64,000 bases of DNA from Nemertoderma westbladi (taxonomy: Eukaryota; Animalia; Xenacoelomorpha), in assembly GCA_032718475.1 (NCBI GenBank), contig JAUCBJ010003043.1, positions 2,983-66,982 on the forward strand, in the 5' to 3' direction. Shown here in pieces: positions 9,001 to 24,000 of the stretch. A program made the translations under genes and the position numbers. The number at the start of each line of letters is the position of its first letter. Positions within the stretch are counted from its first letter, which is position 1. The notes under the pieces were generated by a model. That model did not search any database. It had not been told where the DNA came from and was given only the letters and a program-made list of their open reading frames with translations.

Positions 9001-12000
9001 TCATAGTAAATGTATGGAGTAGGGAGAAGAACGTAGAGGCATTCATAGTAAATGTATGGAGGAGGGAAAGAACGTAGAGGCATTCATAGTAAATGTATGG
9101 AGTAGGGAAAGAACGTAGAGGCATTCATAGTAAATGTATGGAGGAGGGAAAGAGAACGTAGAGGCATTCATAGTAAATGTATGGAGTAGGGAGAGAACGT
9201 AGAGGCATTCATAGTAAATGTATGGAGGAGGGACGGAACGTAGAGGCATTCATAGTAAATGTATGGAGTAGGGAAAGAACGTAGAGGCATTCATAGTAAA
9301 TGTATGGAGGAGGGAAAGAACGTAGAGGCATTCATAGTAAATGTATGGAGGAGGGAAAGAACGTAGAGGCATTCATAGTAAATGTATGGAGGAGGGAAAG
9401 AACGTAGAGGCATTCATAGTAAATGTATGGAGTAGGGAAGAGAACGTAGAGGCATTCATAGTAAATGTATGGAGTAGGGAAGAGAACGTAGAGGCATTCA
9501 TAGTAAATGTATGGAGGAGGGAAGGAACGTAGAGGCATTCATAGTAAATGTATGGAGTAGGGAAAGAACGTAGAGGCATTCATAGTAAATGTATGGAGGA
9601 GGGAAAGAAGAACGTAGAGGCATTCATAGTAAATGTATGGAGTAGGGAGAGAACGTAGAGGCATTCATAGTAAATGTATGGAGGAGGGACGGAACGTAGA
9701 GGCATTCATAGTAAATGTATGGAGTAGGGAAAGAAGAACGTAGAGGCATTCATAGTAAATGTATGGAGTAGGGAAAGAAGAACGTAGAGGCATTCATAGT
9801 AAATGTATGGAGTAGGGAAAGAAGAACGTAGAGGCATTCATAGTAAATGTATGGAGTAGGGAGAGAACGTAGAGGCATTCATAGTAAATGTATGGAGGAG
9901 GGACGGAACGTAGAGGCATTCATAGTAAATGTATGGAGTAGGGAAAGAAGAACGTAGAGGCATTCATAGTAAATGTATGGAGTAGGGAAAGAAGAACGTA
10001 GAGGCATTCATAGTAAATGTATGGAGTAGGGAAAGAAGAACGTAGAGGCATTCATAGTAAATGTATGGAGTAGGGAAAGAAGAACGTAGAGGCATTCATA
10101 GTAAATGTATGGAGTAGGGAGAGAACGTAGAGGCATTCATAGTAAATGTATGGAGGAGGGACGGAACGTAGAGGCATTCATAGTAAATGTATGGAGTAGG
10201 GAAAGAAGAACGTAGAGGCATTCATAGTAAATGTATGGAGTAGGGAGAGAACGTAGAGGCATTCATAGTAAATGTATGGAGTAGGGAAAGAACGTAGAGG
10301 CATTCATAGTAAATGTATGGAGTAGGGAAAGAACGTAGAGGCATTCATAGTAAATGTATGGAGGAGGGACGGAACGTAGAGGCATTCATAGTAAATGTAT
10401 GGAGTAGGGAAAGAAGAACGTAGAGGCATTCATAGTAAATGTATGGAGTAGGGAAAGAACGTAGAGGCATTCATAGTAAATGTATGGAGGAGGGAAAGAA
10501 CGTAGAGGCATTCATAGTAAATGTATGGAGGAGGGACGGAACGTAGAGGCATTCATAGTAAATGTATGGAGTAGGGAAAGAAGAACGTAGAGGCATTCAT
10601 AGTAAATGTATGGAGTAGGGAAAGAACGTAGAGGCATTCATAGTAAATGTATGGAGGAGGGAAAGATCGTAGAGGCATTCATAGTAAATGTATGGAGGAG
10701 GGAAAGAAGAACGTAGAGGCATTCATAGTAAATGTATGGAGTAGGGAAAGAACGTAGAGGCATTCATAGTAAATGTATGGAGGAGGGAAAGATCGTAGAG
10801 GCATTCATAGTAAATGTATGGAGTAGGGAAAGAACGTAGAGGCATTCATAGTAAATGTATGGAGGAGGGAAAGATCGTAGAGGCATTCATAGTAAATGTA
10901 TGGAGTAGGGAAAGAAGAACGTAGAGGCATTCATAGTAAATGTATGGAGTAGGGAAAGAACGTAGAGGCATTCATAGTAAATGTATGGAGGAGGGAAAGA
11001 TCGTAGAGGCATTCATAGTAAATGTATGGAGTAGGGAAAGAACGTAGAGGCATTCATAGTAAATGTATGGAGGAGGGAAAGATCGTAGAGGCATTCATAG
11101 TAAATGTATGGAGGAGGGAAAGAAGAACGTAGAGGCATTCATAGTAAATGTATGGAGTAGGGAAAGAACGTAGAGGCATTCATAGTAAATGTATGGAGGA
11201 GGGAAAGATCGTAGAGGCATTCATAGTAAATGTATGGAGTAGGGAAAGAACGTAGAGGCATTCATAGTAAATGTATGGAGGAGGGAAAGATCGTAGAGGC
11301 ATTCATAGTAAATGTATGGAGTAGGGAAAGAACGTAGAGGCATTCATAGTAAATGTATGGAGGAGGGAAAGATCGTAGAGGCATTCATAGTAAATGTATG
11401 GAGTAGGGAAAGAAGAACGTAGAGGCATTCATAGTAAATGTATGGAGTAGGGAAAGAAGAACGTAGAGGCATTCATAGTAAATGTATGGAGTAGGGAAAG
11501 AACGTAGAGGCATTCATAGTAAATGTATGGAGGAGGGAAAGATCGTAGAGGCATTCATAGTAAATGTATGGAGGAGGGAAAGAAGAACGTAGAGGCATTC
11601 ATAGTAAATGTATGGAGTAGGGAAAGAACGTAGAGGCATTCATAGTAAATGTATGGAGGAGGGAAAGATCGTAGAGGCATTCATAGTAAATGTATGGAGG
11701 AGGGAAAGAAGAACGTAGAGGCATTCATAGTAAATGTATGGAGTAGGGAAAGAACGTAGAGGCATTCATAGTAAATGTATGGAGGAGGGAAAGATCGTAG
11801 AGGCATTCATAGTAAATGTATGGAGTAGGGAAAGAACGTAGAGGCATTCATAGTAAATGTATGGAGGAGGGAAAGATCGTAGAGGCATTCATAGTAAATG
11901 TATGGAGGAGGGAAAGAAGAACGTAGAGGCATTCATAGTAAATGTATGGAGTAGGGAAAGAACGTAGAGGCATTCATAGTAAATGTATGGAGGAGGGAAA

Positions 12001-15000
12001 GATCGTAGAGGCATTCATAGTAAATGTATGGAGTAGGGAAAGAACGTAGAGGCATTCATAGTAAATGTATGGAGGAGGGAAAGATCGTAGAGGCATTCAT
12101 AGTAAATGTATGGAGGAGGGAATGAAGAACGTAGAGGCATTCATAGTAAATGTATGGAGTAGGGAAAGAACGTAGAGGCATTCATAGTAAATGTATGGAG
12201 GAGGGAAAGATCGTAGAGGCATTCATAGTAAATGTATGGAGGAGGGAATGAAGAACGTAGAGGCATTCATAGTAAATGTATGGAGTAGGGAAAGAAGAAC
12301 GTAGAGGCATTCATAGTAAATGTATGGAGTAGGGAAAGATCGTAGAGGCATTCATAGTAAATGTATGGAGTAGGGAAAGAACGTAGAGGCATTCATAGTA
12401 AATGTATGGAGGAGGGAAAGATCGTAGAGGCATTCATAGTAAATGTATGGAGGAGGGAATGAAGAACGTAGAGGCATTCATAGTAAATGTATGGAGTAGG
12501 GAAAGAAGAACGTAGAGGCATTCATAGTAAATGTATGGAGTAGGGAAAGATCGTAGAGGCATTCATAGTAAATGTATGGAGGAGGGAAAGAACGTAGAGG
12601 CATTCATAGTAAATGTATGGAGGAGGGAAAGAACGTAGAGGCATTCATAGTAAATGTATGGAGGAGGGAAAGAACGTAGAGGCATTCATAGTAAATGTAT
12701 GGAGAAGGGAAAGATCGTAGAGGCATTCATAGTAAATGTATGGAGGAGGGAATGAAGAACGTAGAGGCATTCATAGTAAATGTATGGAGTAGGGAAAGAA
12801 CGTAGAGGCATTCATAGTAAATGTATGGAGGAGGGAAAGAACGTAGAGGCATTCATAGTAAATGTATGGAGGAGGGAAAGAACGTAGAGGCATTCATAGT
12901 AAATGTATGGAGGAGGGAAAGATCGTAGAGGCATTCATAGTAAATGTATGGAGGAGGGAATGAAGAACGTAGAGGCATTCATAGTAAATGTATGGAGTAG
13001 GGAAAGAACGTAGAGGCATTCATAGTAAATGTATGGAGTAGGGAAAGATCGTAGAGGCATTCATAGTAAATGTATGGAGGAGGGAAAGAACGTAGAGGCA
13101 TTCATAGTAAATGTATGTAGGAGGGAAAGATCGTAGAGGCATTCATAGTAAATGTATGGAGTAGGGAAAGAACGTAGAGGCATTCATAGTAAATGTATGG
13201 AGTAGGGAATGAAGAACGTAGAGGCATTCATAGTAAATGTATGGAGTAGGGAAAGAACGTAGAGGCATTCATAGTAAATGTATGGAGGAGGGACGGAACG
13301 TAGAGGCATTCATAGTAAATGTATGGAGTAGGGAAAGAAGAACGTAGAGGCATTCATAGTAAATGTATGGAGTAGGGAAAGATCGTAGAGGCATTCATAG
13401 TAAATGTATGGAGGAGGGAATGAAGAACGTAGAGGCATTCATAGTAAATGTATGGAGTAGGGAAAGAAGAACGTAGAGGCATTCATAGTAAATGTATGGA
13501 GTAGGGAAAGATCGTAGAGGCATTCATAGTAAATGTATGGAGGAGGGAATGAAGAACGTAGAGGCATTCATAGTAAATGTATGGAGTAGGGAAAGATCGT
13601 AGAGGCATTCATAGTAAATGTATGGAGTAGGGAAAGATCGTAGAGGCATTCATAGTAAATGTATGGAGTAGGGAAAGATCGTAGAGGCATTCATAGTAAA
13701 TGTATGGAGGAGGGAATGAAGAACGTAGAGGCATTCATAGTAAATGTATGGAGTAGGGAAAGAAGAACGTAGAGGCATTCATAGTAAATGTATGTAGGAA
13801 AGAACGTAGAGGCATTCATAGTAAATGTATGGAGGAGGGAAAGATCGTAGAGGCATTCATAGTAAATGTATGGAGGAGGGAATGAAGAACGTAGAGGCAT
13901 TCATAGTAAATGTATGGAGTAGGGAAAGAAGAACGTAGAGGCATTCATAGTAAATGTATGGAGTAGGGAAAGATCGTAGAGGCATTCATAGTAAATGTAT
14001 GGAGGAGGGAAAGAACGTAGAGGCATTCATAGTAAATGTATGGAGGAGGGAATGAAGAACGTAGAGGCATTCATAGTAAATGTATGGAGGAGGGAAAGAA
14101 CGTAGAGGCATTCATAGTAAATGTATGGAGTAGGGAAAGAAGAACGTAGAGGCATTCATAGTAAATGTATGGAGTAGGGAAAGAACGTAGAGGCATTCAT
14201 AGTAAATGTATGGAGGAGGGAAAGATCGTAGAGGCATTCATAGTAAATGTATGGAGGAGGGAATGAAGAACGTAGAGGCATTCATAGTAAATGTATGGAG
14301 TAGGGAAAGAAGAACGTAGAGGCATTCATAGTAAATGTATGGAGTAGGGAAAGATCGTAGAGGCATTCATAGTAAATGTATGGAGGAGGGAAAGAACGTA
14401 GAGGCATTCATAGTAAATGTATGGAGGAGGGAATGAAGAACGTAGAGGCATTCATAGTAAATGTATGGAGGAGGGAAAGATCGTAGAGGCATTCATAGTA
14501 AATGTATGGAGGAGGGAATGAAGAACGTAGAGGCATTCATAGTAAATGTATGGAGTAGGGAAAGATCGTAGAGGCATTCATAGTAAATGTATGGAGGAGG
14601 GAGAGAACGTAGAGGCATTCATAGTAAATGTATGGAGTAGGGAGAGAACGTAGAGGCATTCATAGTAAATGTATGGAGGAGGGAATGAAGAACGTAGAGG
14701 CATTCATAGTAAATGTATGGAGGAGGGAAAGATCGTAGAGGCATTCATAGTAAATGTATGGAGGAGGGAATGAAGAACGTAGAGGCATTCATAGTAAATG
14801 TATGGAGTAGGGAAAGAACGTAGAGGCATTCATAGTAAATGTATGGAGGAGGGAATGAAGAACGTAGAGGCATTCATAGTAAATGTATGGAGGAGGGAAA
14901 GATCGTAGAGGCATTCATAGTAAATGTATGGAGGAGGGAATGAAGAACGTAGAGGCATTCATAGTAAATGTATGGAGTAGGGAAAGAACGTAGAGGCATT

Positions 15001-18000
15001 CATAGTAAATGTATGGAGGAGGGAAAGATCGTAGAGGCATTCATAGTAAATGTATGGAGGAGGGAATGAAGAACGTAGAGGCATTCATAGTAAATGTATG
15101 GAGTAGGGAAAGAACGTAGAGGCATTCATAGTAAATGTATGGAGTAGGGAAAGATCGTAGAGGCATTCATAGTAAATGTATGGAGGAGGGAAAGAACGTA
15201 GAGGCATTCATAGTAAATGTATGGAGTAGGGAAAGATCGTAGAGGCATTCATAGTAAATGTATGGAGTAGGGAAAGAACGTAGAGGCATTCATAGTAAAT
15301 GTATGGAGTAGGGAAAGAACGTAGAGGAATTCATAGTAAATGTATGGAGTAGGGAAAGAACGTAGAGGAATTCATAGTAAATGTATGGAGTAGGGAAAGA
15401 ACGTAGAGGAATTCATAGTAAATGTATGGAGGAGGGAAAGAACGTAGAGGCATTCATAGTAAATGTATGGAGTAGGGAAAGAACGTAGAGGAATTCATAG
15501 TAAATGTATGGAGGAGGGAAAGAACGTAGAGGCATTCATAGTAAATGTATGGAGGAGGGAATGAAGAACGTAGAGGCATTCATAGTAAATGTATGGAGGA
15601 GGGAAAGATCGTAGAGGCATTCATAGTAAATGTATGGAGGAGGGAAAGAACGTAGAGGCATTCATAGTAAATGTATGGAGTAGGGAAAGAACGTAGAGGC
15701 ATTCATAGTAAATGTATGGAGTAGGGAAAGAACGTAGAGGAATTCATAGTAAATGTATGGAGTAGGGAAAGAAGAACGTAGAGGAATTCATAGAAAATGT
15801 ATGGAGTAGGGAAAGAAGAACGTAGAGGCATTCATAGTAAATGTATGGAGGAGGGAAAGATCGTAGAGGCATTCATAGTAAATGTATGGAGGAGGGAAAG
15901 AACGTAGAGGCATTCATAGTAAATGTATGGAGTAGGGAATGAAGAACGTAGAGGCATTCATAGTAAATGTATGGAGTAGGGAAAGAACGTAGAGGCATTC
16001 ATAGTAAATGTATGGAGTAGGGAAAGAACGTAGAGGCATTCATAGTAAATGTATGGAGTAGGGAAAGAACGTAGAGGAATTCATAGTAAATGTATGGAGG
16101 AGGGAATGAAGAACGTAGAGGCATTCATAGTAAATGTATGGAGGAGGGAAAGATCGTAGAGGCATTCATAGTAAATGTATGGAGGAGGGAAAGAACGTAG
16201 AGGCATTCATAGTAAATGTATGGAGGAGGGAAAGAACGTAGAGGAATTCATAGTAAATGTATGGAGTAGGGAAAGAACGTAGAGGCATTCATAGTAAATG
16301 TATGGAGTAGGGAAAGAACGTAGAGGCATTCATAGTAAATGTATGGAGTAGGGAAAGAACGTAGAGGCATTCATAGTAAATGTATGGAGGAGGGAAAGAT
16401 CGTAGAGGCATTCATAGTAAATGTATGGAGGAGGGAAAGAACGTAGAGGCATTCATAGTAAATGTATGGAGTAGGGAAAGAACGTAGAGGCATTCATAGT
16501 AAATGTATGGAGTAGGGAAAGAACGTAGAGGAATTCATAGTAAATGTATGGAGGAGGGAATGAAGAACGTAGAGGCATTCATAGTAAATGTATGGAGGAG
16601 GGAAAGATCGTAGAGGCATTCATAGTAAATGTATGGAGTAGGGAAAGAACGTAGAGGCATTCATAGTAAATGTATGGAGTAGGGAAAGAACGTAGAGGCA
16701 TTCATAGTAAATGTATGGAGGAGGGAAAGATCGTAGAGGCATTCATAGTAAATGTATGGAGGAGGGAAAGAACGTAGAGGCATTCATAGTAAATGTATGG
16801 AGTAGGGAAAGAACGTAGAGGCATTCATAGTAAATGTATGGAGTAGGGAAAGAACGTAGAGGAATTCATAGTAAATGTATGGAGGAGGGAATGAAGAACG
16901 TAGAGGCATTCATAGTAAATGTATGGAGGAGGGAAAGATCGTAGAGGCATTCATAGTAAATGTATGGAGGAGGGAAAGAACGTAGAGGCATTCATAGTAA
17001 ATGTATGGAGGAGGGAAAGAACGTAGAGGCATTCATAGTAAATGTATGGAGTAGGGAAAGAACGTAGAGGCATTCATAGTAAATGTATGGAGTAGGGAAA
17101 GAACGTAGAGGAATTCATAGTAAATGTATGGAGTAGGGAAAGAAGAACGTAGAGGAATTCATAGAAAATGTATGGAGTAGGGAAAGAAGAACGTAGAGGC
17201 ATTCATAGTAAATGTATGGAGGAGGGAAAGATCGTAGAGGCATTCATAGTAAATGTATGGAGGAGGGAAAGAACGTAGAGGCATTCATAGTAAATGTATG
17301 GAGTAGGGAAAGAACGTAGAGGCATTCATAGTAAATGTATGGAGTAGGGAAAGAACGTAGAGGAATTCATAGTAAATGTATGGAGTAGGGAAAGAAGAAC
17401 GTAGAGGAATTCATAGAAAATGTATGGAGTAGGGAAAGAAGAACGTAGAGGCATTCATAGTAAATGTATGAAGGAGGGAAAGAAGAACGTAGAGGCATTC
17501 ATAGTAAATGTATGGAGGAGGGAATGAAGAACGTAGAGGCATTCATAGTAAATGTATGGAGTAGGGAAAGAAGAACGTAGAGGCATTCATAGTAAATGTA
17601 TGAAGGAAGGAACGTAGAGGCATTCATAGTAAATGTATGGAGGAGGGAAAGAACGTAGAGGCATTCATAGTAAATGTATGGAGGAGGGAATGAAGAACGT
17701 AGAGGCATTCATAGTAAATGTATGGAGTAGGGAAAGAACGTAGAGGCATTCATAGTAAATGTATGGAGGAGGGAAAGAAGAACGTAGAGGCATTCATAGT
17801 AAATGTATGGAGTAGGGAAAGAACGTAGAGGCATTCATAGTAAATGTATGGAGGAGGGAAAGATCGTAGAGGCATTCATAGTAAATGTATGGAGGAGGGA
17901 ATGAAGAACGTAGAGGCATTCATAGTAAATGTATGGAGTAGGGAAAGAACGTAGAGGCATTCATAGTAAATGTATGGAGTAGGGAAAGAACGTAGAGGCA

Positions 18001-21000
18001 TTCATAGTAAATGTATGGAGGAGGGAAAGAACGTAGAGGCATTCATAGTAAATGTATGGAGGAGGGAAAGAACGTAGAGGCATTCATAGTAAATGTATGG
18101 AGGAGGGAAAGATCGTAGAGGCATTCATAGTAAATGTATGGAGGAGGGAATGAAGAACGTAGAGGCATTCATAGTAAATGTATGGAGTAGGGAAAGAACG
18201 TAGAGGCATTCATAGTAAATGTATGGAGTAGGGAAAGAACGTAGAGGCATTCATAGTAAATGTATGGAGGAGGGAAAGAACGTAGAGGCATTCATAGTAA
18301 ATGTATGGAGGAGGGAAAGATCGTAGAGGCATTCATAGTAAATGTATGGAGGAGGGAATGAAGAACGTAGAGGCATTCATAGTAAATGTATGGAGTAGGG
18401 AAAGAAGAACGTAGAGGCATTCATAGTAAATGTATGAAGGAAGGAACGTAGAGGCATTCATAGTAAATGTATGGAGGAGGGAAAGATCGTAGAGGCATTC
18501 ATAGTAAATGTATGGAGGAGGGAAAGAACGTAGAGGCATTCATAGTAAATGTATGGAGTAGGGAAAGAACGTAGAGGTATTCATAGTAAATGTATGGAGT
18601 AGGGAAAGAACGTAGAGGCATTCATAGTAAATGTATGGAGGAGGGAGAGAACGTAGAGGCATTCATAGTAAATGAGTAGGGAAAGAACGTAGAGGCATTC
18701 ATAGTAAATGTATGGAGTAGGGAATGAAGATCGTAGAGGCATTCATAGTAAATGTATGGAGGAGGGAATGAAGAACGTAGAGGCATTCATAGTAAATGTA
18801 TGGAGGAGGGAATGAAGAACGTAGAGGCATTCATAGTAAATGTATGGAGTAGGGAAAGAAGAACGTAGAGGCATTCATAGTAAATGTATGGAGGAGGGAA
18901 AGAAGAACGTAGAGGCATTCATAGTAAATGAGTAGGGAAAGAACGTAGAGGCATTCATAGTAAATGTATGGAGTAGGGAATGAAGATCGTAGAGGCATTC
19001 ATAGTAAATGTATGGAGGAGGGAATGAAGAACGTAGAGGCATTCATAGTAAATGTATGGAGGAGGGAATGAAGAACGTAGAGGCATTCATAGTAAATGTA
19101 TGGAGGAGGGAATGAAGAACGTAGAGGCATTCATAGTAAATGTATGGAGTAGGGAAAGAAGAACGTAGAGGCATTCATAGTAAATGTATGGAGGAGGGAA
19201 AGAAGAACGTAGAGGCATTCATAGTAAATGTATGTAGGAGGGAATGAAGATCGTAGAGGCATTCATAGTAAATGTATGGAGGAGGGAATGAAGAACGTAG
19301 AGGCATTCATAGTAAATGTATGGAGTAGGGAAAGAAGAACGTAGAGGCATTCATAGTAAATGTATGGAGTAGGGAAAGAACGTAGAGGCATTCATAGTAA
19401 ATGTATGTAGGAGGGAATGAAGATCGTAGAGGCATTCATAGTAAATGTATGGAGGAGGGAATGAAGAACGTAGAGGCATTCATAGTAAATGTATGGAGGA
19501 GGGAAAGAAGAACGTAGAGGCATTCATAGTAAATGTATGGAGGAGGGAATGAAGAACGTAGAGGCATTCATAGTAAATGTATGTAGGAGGGAATGAAGAT
19601 CGTAGAGGCATTCATAGTAAATGTATGGAGGAGGGAATGAAGAACGTAGAGGCATTCATAGTAAATGTATGTAGGAGGGAATGAAGATCGTAGAGGCATT
19701 CATAGTAAATGTATGAAGGAGGGAATGAAGATCGTAGAGGCATTCATAGTAAATGTATGGAGTAGGGAAAGAACGTAGAGGCATTCATAGTAAATGTATG
19801 GAGGAGGGAAAGAAGAACGTAGAGGCATTCATAGTAAATGTATGGAGTAGGGAAAGAAGAACGTAGAGGCATTCATAGTAAATGTATGGAGTAGGGAAAG
19901 AACGTAGAGGCATTCATAGTAAATGTATGTAGGAGGGAATGAAGATCGTAGAGGCATTCATAGTAAATGTATGGAGGAGGGAATGAAGAACGTAGAGGCA
20001 TTCATAGTAAATGTATGGAGGAGGGAAAGAAGAACGTAGAGGCATTCATAGTAAATGTATGGAGGAGGGAATGAAGAACGTAGAGGCATTCATAGTAAAT
20101 GTATGGAGGAGGGAATGAAGATCGTAGAGGCATTCATAGTAAATGTATGGAGGAGGGAATGAAGAACGTAGAGGCATTCATAGTAAATGTATGGAGGAGG
20201 GAAAGAAGAACGTAGAGGCATTCATAGTAAATGTATGGAGGAGGGAATGAAGAACGTAGAGGCATTCATAGTAAATGTATGGAGGAGGGAATGAAGAACG
20301 TAGAGGCATTCATAGTAAATGTATGGAGGAGGGAAAGAAGAACGTAGAGGCATTCATAGTAAATGTATGGAGGAGGGAATGAAGAACGTAGAGGCATTCA
20401 TAGTAAATGTATGGAGTAGGGAAAGAAGAACGTAGAGGCATTCATAGTAAATGTATGGAGTAGGGAAAGAACGTAGAGGCATTCATAGTAAATGTATGTA
20501 GGAGGGAATGAAGATCGTAGAGGCATTCATAGTAAATGTATGGAGGAGGGAATGAAGAACGTAGAGGCATTCATAGTAAATGTATGGAGGAGGGAAAGAA
20601 GAACGTAGAGGCATTCATAGTAAATGTATGGAGGAGGGAATGAAGAACGTAGAGGCATTCATAGTAAATGTATGTAGGAGGGAATGAAGATCGTAGAGGC
20701 ATTCATAGTAAATGTATGGAGGAGGGAATGAAGAACGTAGAGGCATTCATAGTAAATGTATGTAGGAGGGAATGAAGATCGTAGAGGCATTCATAGTAAA
20801 TGTATGAAGGAGGGAATGAAGATCGTAGAGGCATTCATAGTAAATGTATGGAGTAGGGAAAGAACGTAGAGGCATTCATAGTAAATGTATGGAGGAGGGA
20901 AAGAAGAACGTAGAGGCATTCATAGTAAATGTATGGAGGAGGGAATGAAGATCGTAGAGGCATTCATAGTAAATGTATGGAGTAGGGAAAGAAGAACGTA

Positions 21001-24000
21001 GAGGCATTTATAGTAAATGTATGGAGTAGGGAAAGAACGTAGAGGCATTCATAGTAAATGTATGGAGGAGGGAATGAAGATCGTAGAGGCATTCATAGTA
21101 AATGTATGGAGGAGGGAATGAAGAACGTAGAGGCATTCATAGTAAATGTATGGAGTAGGGAAAGAACGTAGAGGCATTCATAGTAAATGTATGGAGGAGG
21201 GAAAGAACGTAGAGGCATTCATAGTAAATGTATGGAGTAGGGAAAGAACGTAGAGGCATTCATAGTAAATGTATGGAGGAGGGAATGAAGATCGTAGAGG
21301 CATTCATAGTAAATGTATGGAGGAGGGAATGAAGAACGTAGAGGCATTCATAGTAAATGTATGGAGTAGGGAAAGAACGTAGAGGCATTCATAGTAAATG
21401 TATGGAGGAGGGAAAGAAGAACGTAGAGGCATTCATAGTAAATGTATGGAGGAGGGAATGAAGAACGTAGAGGCATTCATAGTAAATGTATGGAGTAGGG
21501 AAAGAACGTAGAGGCATTCATAGTAAATGTATGTAGGAATGAACGTAGAGGCATTCATAGTAAATGTATGTAGGAGGGAATGAAGATCGTAGAGGCATTC
21601 ATAGTAAATGTATGTAGGAATGAACGTAGAGGCATTCATAGTAAATGTATGTAGGAGGGAATGAAGATCGTAGAGGCATTCATAGTAAATGTATGGAGGA
21701 GGGAATGAAGATCGTAGAGGCATTCATAGTAAATGTATGGAGTAGGGAAAGAACGTAGAGGCATTCATAGTAAATGTATGGAGTAGGGAAAGAACGTAGA
21801 GGCATTCATAGTAAATGTATGGAGTAGGGAAAGAACGTAGAGGCATTCATAGTAAATGTATGGAGGAGGGAATGAAGAACGTAGAGGCATTCATAGTAAA
21901 TGTATGGAGTAGGGAAAGAAGAACGTAGAGGCATTCATAGTAAATGTATGGAGTAGGGAAAGAACGTAGAGGCATTCATAGTAAATGTATGGAGTAGGGA
22001 AAGAACGTAGAGGCATTCATAGTAAATGTATGGAGTAGGGAAAGAACGTAGAGGCATTCATAGTAAATGTATGGAGTAGGGAAAGAACGTAGAGGCATTC
22101 ATAGTAAATGTATGGAGGAGGGAATGAAGAACGTAGAGGCATTCATAGTAAATGTATGGAGTAGGGAAAGAAGAACGTAGAGGCATTCATAGTAAATGTA
22201 TGGAGTAGGGAAAGAAGAACGTAGAGGCATTCATAGTAAATGTATGGAGTAGGGAAAGAAGAACGTAGAGGCATTCATAGTAAATGTATGGAGGAGGGAA
22301 TGAAGAACGTAGAGGCATTCATAGTAAATGTATGGAGTAGGGAAAGAACGTAGAGGCATTCATAGTAAATGTATGGAGTAGGGAAAGAACGTAGAGGCAT
22401 TCATAGTAAATGTATGGAGTAGGGAAAGAACGTAGAGGCATTCATAGTAAATGTATGGAGTAGGGAAAGAACGTAGAGGCATTCATAGTAAATGTATGGA
22501 GGAGGGAATGAAGAACGTAGAGGCATTCATAGTAAATGTATGGAGTAGGGAAAGAAGAACGTAGAGGCATTCATAGTAAATGTATGGAGTAGGGAAAGAA
22601 GAACGTAGAGGCATTCATAGTAAATGTATGGAGTAGGGAAAGAAGAACGTAGAGGCATTCATAGTAAATGTATGGAGTAGGGAAAGAAGAACGTAGAGGC
22701 ATTCATAGTAAATGTATGGAGGAGGGAATGAAGAACGTAGAGGCATTCATAGTAAATGTATGTAGGAGGGAATGAAGATCGTAGAGGCATTCATAGTAAA
22801 TGTATGGAGGAGGGAATGAAGAACGTAGAGGCATTCATAGTAAATGTATGGAGTAGGGAAAGAAGAACGTAGAGGCATTCATAGTAAATGTATGGAGGAG
22901 GGAAAGAAGAACGTAGAGGCATTCATAGTAAATGTATGGAGGAGGGAATGAAGAACGTAGAGGCATTCATAGTAAATGTATGGAGTAGGGAAAGAAGAAC
23001 GTAGAGGCATTCATAGTAAATGTATGGAGGAGGGAAAGAAGAACGTAGAGGCATTCATAGTAAATGTATGTAGGAGGGAATGAAGATCGTAGAGGCATTC
23101 ATAGTAAATGTATGAAGTAGGGAAAGAACGTAGAGGCATTCATAGTAAATGTATGGAGTAGGGAAAGAACGTAGAGGCATTCATAGTAAATGTATGGAGG
23201 AGGGAGAGAACGTAGAGGCATTCATAGTAAATGAGGAGGGAGAGAACGTAGAGGCATTCATAGTAAATGTATGTAGGAGGGAATGAAGATCGTAGAGGCA
23301 TTCATAGTAAATGTATGGAGGAGGGAAAGAACGTAGAGGCATTCATAGTAAATGAGTAGGGAAAGAACGTAGAGGCATTCATAGTAAATGAGTAGGGAAA
23401 GAACGTAGAGGCATTCATAGTAAATGTATGTAGGAGGGAATGAAGATCGTAGAGGCATTCATAGTAAATGTATGGAGTAGGGAAAGAACGTAGAGGCATT
23501 CATAGTAAATGTATGGAGTAGGGAAAGAACGTAGAGGCATTCATAGTAAATGTATGGAGGAGGGAGAGAACGTAGAGGCATTCATAGTAAATGAGGAGGG
23601 AGAGAACGTAGAGGCATTCATAGTAAATGTATGTAGGAGGGAATGAAGATCGTAGAGGCATTCATAGTAAATGTATGTAGGAGGGAATGAAGAACGTAGA
23701 GGCATTCATAGTAAATGTATGTAGGAGGGAATGAAGATCGTAGAGGCATTCATAGTAAATGTATGTAGGAGGGAATGAAGATCGTAGAGGCATTCATAGT
23801 AAATGTATGAAGTAGGGAAAGAACGTAGAGGCATTCATAGTAAATGTATGGAGTAGGGAAAGAACGTAGAGGCATTCATAGTAAATGTATGGAGGAGGGA
23901 GAGAACGTAGAGGCATTCATAGTAAATGAGGAGGGAGAGAACGTAGAGGCATTCATAGTAAATGTATGTAGGAGGGAATGAAGATCGTAGAGGCATTCAT